Shown in pieces: positions 58,966-64,000 of a stretch of DNA of 64,000 nt. The notes beneath the pieces were generated by a model. It ran no database searches. It was not told where the DNA came from and saw nothing but the letters and a program-made list of their open reading frames with translations. The DNA comes from an uncultured Chloroflexia bacterium (GTDB lineage: Bacteria; Chloroflexota; Dehalococcoidia; SZUA-161): the NCBI GenBank assembly GCA_963847595.1, contig CAWKAJ010000002.1, positions 77,068-141,067 of the forward strand, read 5' to 3'. The position numbers and the translations under genes were made by a program. Position 1 is the first letter of the stretch. The number at the start of each line of letters is the position of its first letter.

Positions 58966-60297
58966 ATGGGCTACGATATGGATAAAATTAATGTTTTGCA
59001 GTTCTGCAATCAACTTAGCCTCGGTGGCACTGAGAGAGCCTTACAGGTATTAACCAAATATCTCGACAAGAAGTTGTTCAACGTTTATGTTGCTGCGCAT
59101 AGCAGCGGTGGAAGGGCAAAGATGCTAGAGGACCTGGGTTTCGAAGTACATTTGATTGCTGGCGATAAGAAGCGGCTGGTTGATCTAATGAGAGCCAAGA
59201 ATATCCATATTCTGCATGTGCACAGGGCTGGAGTGGAGGAACATTTGCCCATAGAAGCTGCAAAAGAGGCCGGCGTGCCCATCCTTATTGAAACAAATGT
59301 TTTCGGATATGTAGATAAAAGTGAAACCGGGAAATTAATTGACCGTCATCTCATGGTAAGCAATTGGTGTGCACTGCGATATTGGAAATGGAGTGAGATG
59401 CACAAAGAAGAATTCAGGCATAAAGTGAGGGTCCTTTATAATCCAGTCGATATGGCAGAATTGGAAGACACGGAGCTTTCAAACGATAAAGTCGCAAGAA
59501 TGAGGCAAGAACTGGGGATTGGCTCATCTGATTGCGTTATTGGCAGAATAGGGAGGCCCGCCATTTCGTTGTGGGGCGATCTTTGTATGAACATGATGCC
59601 GTACCTTGTCAGAGAAATACCTGATATAAAGTATGTAATGGTCGGCGCACCTGAAATAAAGAGGAAAGAAATTCAAAAACGGGGACTGGGAAAGCACTTC
59701 ATCTTCCTGGAAACTACCTATGATCAAAAGAAGGTATTGAATTTCTACAACTCAATTGATATCCTTGCTTATTCACCAGGACTGGGCGAATCATTTGGAT
59801 ATACCATTGCCGAAGCAATGGCCTGCAAGAAGCCAGTGGTGGTTAATTCCACCCCCCTAAAGTACAACGCCCAAATAGAGTTGGTAGATAATGGTAAGAC
59901 AGGTTTTATAGCCAACTATCCCAGGGATTTCGCCCAGGCCATCACTTTCCTGCTCAGAAATAGAGAGAAAGCTAAAGAAATGGGCATAGCTGGCTACAAA
60001 AAGGTGGAAAGAAACTATGAGGCGGCAAAGGTCACCAGATACCTGGAGGATATCTATGCGGAGGTCTTGCTGGAAAAGGGCCTGAAGCTGGGAGATAGGA
60101 CTGCAGCGAGTTCCGTAGCGATGAAGAGTCCATCCTTTGAGGAGGACATTGATAAGTTCGAAAAAGAATATGAGAAGCGACTCTTTAACTGTTTTGGTAG
60201 GGTTAACAGACTACAAAGTATGAGTTACCGATACTTAGTGCGCAATAAGCTTCTTTTCTCTACATTTGGATTTCTTATTAATAAATTGAACTGGTGA
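58966..60297 (+). CDS. Glycosyltransferase family 4 (GT-B, group 1) with C-terminal extension
   Basis: An N-terminal sugar-binding domain and a C-terminal E..GYTIAEAMACKKPVV...NGKTGF (EX7E-like) motif. Confidence 0.8.
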   Translation: MGYDMDKINVLQFCNQLSLGGTERALQVLTKYLDKKLFNVYVAAHSSGGRAKMLEDLGFEVHLIAGDKKRLVDLMRAKNIHILHVHRAGVEEHLPIEAAKEAGVPILIETNVFGYVDKSETGKLIDRHLMVSNWCALRYWKWSEMHKEEFRHKVRVLYNPVDMAELEDTELSNDKVARMRQELGIGSSDCVIGRIGRPAISLWGDLCMNMMPYLVREIPDIKYVMVGAPEIKRKEIQKRGLGKHFIFLETTYDQKKVLNFYNSIDILAYSPGLGESFGYTIAEAMACKKPVVVNSTPLKYNAQIELVDNGKTGFIANYPRDFAQAITFLLRNREKAKEMGIAGYKKVERNYEAAKVTRYLEDIYAEVLLEKGLKLGDRTAASSVAMKSPSFEEDIDKFEKEYEKRLFNCFGRVNRLQSMSYRYLVRNKLLFSTFGFLINKLNW

Positions 60298-60345
60298 GTA
60301 TCTATATAGAATTGAGAGTGTCTATGAGAAGGACAAAGCACACTG

Positions 60346-60480
60346 TTTTACTTCATGCACTACAACTTCGCCAGAACTCACAAGTCATTGGCTAATCCCT
60401 ATCCAAGAACCCCAGCTATGGCAGCAGGGGTAAGCAACCATATTTGGAGTATTGCAGAGATCGTAAGACTAGTGAATTAG
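60346..60480 (+). mobile_element. Remnant of a transposase C-terminus (IS1595/ISXO2-like end motif)
   Basis: The translation FYFMHYNFARTHKSLANPYPRTPAMAAGVSNHIWSIAEIVRLVN* matches the characteristic ...HYNF.R.H.SL...TPAMAAG...W...E. C-terminal block of DDE transposases. There is no upstream catalytic part. Confidence 0.45.
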
Positions 60481-60595
60481 CCTCGTTAGCTTATTGCGAA
60501 ACTCACTCGTAAAGTGGAAAGCGAGTCATGTGCGAATCATTAGCGGGATTTGAGTAGGCGTTGCGAAAGGGATAAACATATTTATAGTTCTAGAA

Positions 60596-61354
60596 TTATG
60601 AGGGAGGCTTTTCCCCCTCAAGAACCATAGTCTCAAACACAACTATATCCTCATTGCCTTCGACTTTGCCGTGTGACTCAATACCTCGGAGGGCAGCTTC
60701 ATCGCTATGACCGAACCTATGGCTCGTGACCTCCACAAACCCTGCCTCTTCCATCGTATTGCGCAAGGTGCGTAGATCATAGAGGAACTGATGACCGTTC
60801 CGAAAAGCGTAATTTACAACAAAGCACTCGCTATAGATGCTTATTCGTGGCATAACCCTGTCGACGACCCATTTGATATATTTCTGCTGTATTTCGCTCT
60901 TATTTGGTGTATACAGATTGAGCAAGGCCTCGAGATCGGGCGTAGCGATACGAATCCGACCACCTGGTTTCATGACACGATAGCAGTCACGAAGCATGCG
61001 CATCCCCTCATCGTACGTTAGGTGCTCTAGGTGATGCTCGCTGAATATATAGTCAAACGTATGATCCGCGAAAGGGAACGGTTTCTTTGCGTCGAGGTAG
61101 ACGACACCACGCGCATTAGGCAATATGTCAGTATTGAGCCAGCCGTCCAGGGTATTGGAGCCAGCGCCAAGCTGTAATTTACGTACATCGTGGGTCAGGA
61201 GATATCGTTTTATCTCTATCGAGCGTTTCATAGTCCACACCGATAGACGATATTCATCCCTAAATAACACTACTATCTTGGCCAGACCTAGCAAAAACCT
61301 ATGGCGTTCTAAGAACTTGTTTAACCTAACATTCACAGTTATCATGCTATGCAA
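60596..61354 (-). CDS. Class I SAM-dependent methyltransferase (Methyltransf_11-like)
   Basis: LDAKKPFPFADHTFDYIFSEHHLEHL...MKPGGRIRIATPD. The exact start is uncertain. Confidence 0.75.
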   Translation of the reverse strand: MHSMITVNVRLNKFLERHRFLLGLAKIVVLFRDEYRLSVWTMKRSIEIKRYLLTHDVRKLQLGAGSNTLDGWLNTDILPNARGVVYLDAKKPFPFADHTFDYIFSEHHLEHLTYDEGMRMLRDCYRVMKPGGRIRIATPDLEALLNLYTPNKSEIQQKYIKWVVDRVMPRISIYSECFVVNYAFRNGHQFLYDLRTLRNTMEEAGFVEVTSHRFGHSDEAALRGIESHGKVEGNEDIVVFETMVLEGEKPPS

Positions 61355-61435
61355 CAGGACTAGCTACATTATAGCGCAATTGACTTGGTGATATTGTACT
61401 TTTATCTATGCACTAATTCAAGAAACCTCAGCAAA

Positions 61436-61825
61436 CCAAAATGATACATTACCCGAAATTTCAAATTGACCCACTACCCAATTTTGCTCTATTTGACAAG
61501 AATTTGCGGCGCCTTTAGAATGGTTGCTGGCTTGTTACCTACCAACGATTGATAGAAGTAAAAGTCCGTGATTCTTATTTAAGCATCTGATTGTATGCAG
61601 CACTAGCCTGAGTGTCGAACCAAGTAGTGCAGGTTGATGTCCCCAAAAAGCCGAGATTCAACATCTTGCTTCAAGGTTTCCAGGGCGTATTATGACCACA
61701 TTGACAACCAAAAAGCCTAATTCGATTATGAATAGGATAAGCTAATGAAGAGAATCTGTATTATTGGCTCAGGTCACGTGGGCCTGGTAACAGGCGCCTG
61801 TCTTGCAGAGCTAGGGAACACAAGT
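61436..61825 (+). repeat. Upstream copy of duplicated ugd promoter/leader plus first 26 codons (partner 62950..63316)
   Basis: About 370 bp at ~95% identity. It includes TTGACA-17-TAGAAT (61493..61521) and a truncated ORF MKRICIIGSGHVGLVTGACLAELGN-TSMFH* (61745..61840). Confidence 0.8.
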
Positions 61826-62761
61826 ATGTTCCATTAGGACTACTACTCCAGAGCCACCATTACCACCATAGGAACTACTCCCTCCACCACCGCCAGTGTT
61901 AGCTGTCGCTGGGCCTCCATGAGTATTATAGTTACCATGTCCTTGTCCGCCGCCGCCTCGACCGCCTGCCCCCCCAGTGTTGATGGCTCCAGCTCCCCCG
62001 CCCCCTGCGAACCATCCACTTTCACCCACAGCAGTACCAAACACGGAAGAGTAGTTGCTGCCTATTCCGCCATTTCCCCCAACTCCATTAGCTCCGTTTC
62101 CGTTACTGCCATTCCCGCCTGCACCTCCACCCCCACCTCCTCCGTAATAAGTGTCCCCCTGAACTGACCCACTCCCACCACCATGCCCTTGCCCAGATAT
62201 GCCACTTCCTCCGCTGGCACTATAATTGCATGCACCGCCACCGCCAGAGCCGCCACCTCCACCGTTATGAATACTGGTAGCATAGAAGGAACCTCCTCCG
62301 CCACCACCAATCGCTGTCAAAGTTCCAAAGACGCTATTTCCTCCAGTGCCACCCCTTTGAGTCCAACTGAGGCTTCCAGCACCCCCAGCACCTATAGTGA
62401 TTTGAATATTTGCTCCAGGGGTTACAGCGTAACTACTATCATAAATAAGACCGCCTGCACCTCCACCTCCATCACCACATCCACCACCTCCCCCTCCTGC
62501 TACAACTAAGACGGAAACAGAAGTTACCCCATCAGGTACAGTCCAATTCCCACTAGATGTAAAAGATAGAGGAGCAGAAGTAGTGAAAGTGCAACTCACG
62601 CTGCTTGCAGGGGTACTTACAGGAGTAGGCAAGTTGGCGAGGGTGGGCTTAGCCCCCACATTATTTGTCTGTTTACACGCTATAGTAAATAACAGACACG
62701 CTATCGCAATCACTACTAGAGACGCATATAACACTACAGGAGACGCCTTTTCTCTGCCCAT
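61811..62761 (-). CDS. Glycine-rich putative lipoprotein/secreted protein
   Basis: Signal peptide with a Cys (LLFTIAC). The protein is ~60% Gly in GGGGxG runs, with several N-x-S/T sites. Its last 5 codons overlap the end of the truncated ugd' ORF on the opposite strand. Confidence 0.6.
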   Translation of the reverse strand: MGREKASPVVLYASLVVIAIACLLFTIACKQTNNVGAKPTLANLPTPVSTPASSVSCTFTTSAPLSFTSSGNWTVPDGVTSVSVLVVAGGGGGGCGDGGGGAGGLIYDSSYAVTPGANIQITIGAGGAGSLSWTQRGGTGGNSVFGTLTAIGGGGGGSFYATSIHNGGGGGSGGGGACNYSASGGSGISGQGHGGGSGSVQGDTYYGGGGGGGAGGNGSNGNGANGVGGNGGIGSNYSSVFGTAVGESGWFAGGGGAGAINTGGAGGRGGGGQGHGNYNTHGGPATANTGGGGGSSSYGGNGGSGVVVLMEHTCVP

Positions 62762-62982
62762 TTCAGTCGCTTCCTTGCACGCTTGTAAATGCGATATTCT
62801 GAGGCGACTCCCATTATAACATCATAGGTCAAATATAGCTATACAATAGTCATACGATTATGAGGAAATGGAGGAATGGGGCTGGCCTGCCCCCATTAGT
62901 TATACCACTTGTTAAGTTAGGCAGAACAATTATGTCTATTTTCTCTATTTCAAAATGATACACTACCCTTTTTTTGCTCTAT

Positions 62983-63011
62983 TTGACAAGAATTTGCGGC
63001 GCCTTTAGAAT
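62983..63011 (+). promoter_or_regulatory. Consensus-like sigma-70 promoter of ugd (TTGACA-17-TAGAAT)
   Basis: ttgacaAGAATTTGCGGCGCCTTtagaat. It is followed by a ~220-nt leader that contains a second TTGACA...TATTAAT-like element. A duplicate lies at 61493..61521. Confidence 0.5.
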
Positions 63012-63236
63012 GGTCTCTGGTTTGTTACCTACCAACGATTGATAGAAGTAAAAGTCCGTGATTCTTATTTAAGCATCTGATTGTATGCAGCACTAGCCTG
63101 AGTGTCGAACCAAGTAGTGCAGGTTGATGTCCCCAAAAAGCCGAGATTCACATCTTGCTTCAAGGTTTCCAGGGTGTATTATGACTCCATTGACAACTAA
63201 AAGCCTGATTCGATTATTAATTAATAGGATAATCTA

Positions 63237-64000
63237 ATGAAGAGAATCTGTATTATTGGCTCAGGGCACGTGGGCCTGGTAACAGGCGCCTGTCTTGCAG
63301 AGCTGGGGAACAAAGTTACCTGCATGGATGATGATTCCAAGAAGATAGAAACCCTGAAAGCAGGGAAGATTCCCTTCTACGAGCCCGGTCTGGAAGAATT
63401 AGTGCACAGCAATATGGAGAGCGGCAGGCTCTCTTTTACGACCAGTATTGGCGAGGCTGCCAGTGAGTCAGAAATAGTATTTATCTGTGTGGGCACTCCC
63501 CAGAAGCCGGGGGGAGGAGCAGACTCGTCTTACGTTGAGGCAGCGTCGGCGCGTATTGCGGAGGTGATGGACAATTACAAAGTGATAGTGGAGAAAAGCA
63601 CGGTGCCGGTGAATACCGGCAAGTGGATAAGAAGGACAATAGAATTGAACAGCCCTAATAAACATGACTTTGACGTTGTATCCAATCCGGAATTCCTGCG
63701 TGAGGGTAAGTCCATTTATGATTTCATGCATCCGGACAGAATCGTCCTCGGTGTCGAGGCGCAGCGTGCCGCTGATATAATGACTGACCTCTATCAGCCG
63801 CTGGGTGCCCCGATTATCGTTACCAACATCGAGACAGCCGAGATTATCAAGCATGCATCCAATGTTTTCCTGGCTCTGAAGATATCGTATATCAATGCGA
63901 TAGCCAGTATCTGCGAAAAGGTCGGTGCTGATGTTCTGAAGGTTGCCGAGGGAATGGGTCACGATAGAAGGATCGGCAGAGGTTTCCTGGACGCCGGAGC
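63237..64000 (+). CDS. ugd: UDP-glucose 6-dehydrogenase (5' part; runs off the window)
   Basis: MKRICIIGSGHVGLVTGACLAELGNKVTCMDDD...GKIPFYEPGLEELV...VFICVGTP...NPEFLREGKSIYDF is the canonical Ugd/TuaD N-terminal half. It is not in the ORF track because no stop falls within the window. Confidence 0.85.
   Translation, partial: MKRICIIGSGHVGLVTGACLAELGNKVTCMDDDSKKIETLKAGKIPFYEPGLEELVHSNMESGRLSFTTSIGEAASESEIVFICVGTPQKPGGGADSSYVEAASARIAEVMDNYKVIVEKSTVPVNTGKWIRRTIELNSPNKHDFDVVSNPEFLREGKSIYDFMHPDRIVLGVEAQRAADIMTDLYQPLGAPIIVTNIETAEIIKHASNVFLALKISYINAIASICEKVGADVLKVAEGMGHDRRIGRGFLDAG

Noticed and set aside
63468-63962. 164-aa minus-strand ORF
   Set aside because: It is antisense to the clearly identified ugd gene.
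1-64000. Search for CRISPR arrays, tRNA, rRNA and tmRNA
   Set aside because: No short regularly spaced repeats were seen. No cloverleaf-like segments or T-loop GGTTCGANTCC motifs were found by eye in intergenic regions. The only larger repeats are the ones listed (gyrA fragment, primase 3' end, small-protein module, ugd leader, intergenic hairpin element).

Overview
This 64-kb window comes from a bacterial chromosome whose gene content looks like that of an anaerobe. Evidence for that: a 2-hydroxyacyl-CoA dehydratase with its activase, two family-III CoA-transferases, a split B12-dependent acyl-CoA mutase operon, and rubrerythrin, flavin-reductase-rubredoxin and desulforedoxin-like genes. Housekeeping genes present are the transketolase 3' end, a Lon-like protease, rpoD, a K+ channel, sufC/sufBD, a Crp/Fnr regulator, a two-component histidine kinase and response regulator, queH, ruvB, yebC-ruvC-ruvA and gyrA. 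I found no tRNA, rRNA or CRISPR arrays.

Two accessory regions stand out.

(1) 31.9-44.6 kb: a GC-rich, visibly decaying integrated element. It is bracketed by ~98-bp imperfect direct repeats of gyrA codons 43-76. It carries four toxin-antitoxin modules: brnT (amber stop at the conserved Trp) with a BrnA-like gene, mazEF, hicBA, and vapB with a frameshifted vapC. It also carries an IS3 OrfA remnant and two divergently oriented paralogous zf-CHC2/Toprim primase-P-loop proteins, the second with a degenerate Walker A motif. A third decayed 3' fragment of the same gene is present. No integrase is recognisable.

(2) 44.6-64 kb: a cell-envelope/glycosylation locus. It has an STT3/AglB-type oligosaccharyltransferase homologue with a non-canonical DWGWGY motif in place of WWDYG. 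It has sequon-rich (N-x-S/T) FN3-repeat and DUF4352-like secreted proteins and GT2/GT4 glycosyltransferases and methyltransferases. It has a previously unannotated desulforedoxin-like 39-aa gene. It also has a family of four small (64-87 aa) hydrophobic paralogous proteins under near-consensus promoters, each upstream of a secreted-protein gene. Finally, it has a Gly-rich lipoprotein gene flanked by a ~370-bp duplication of the ugd promoter and 5' end.
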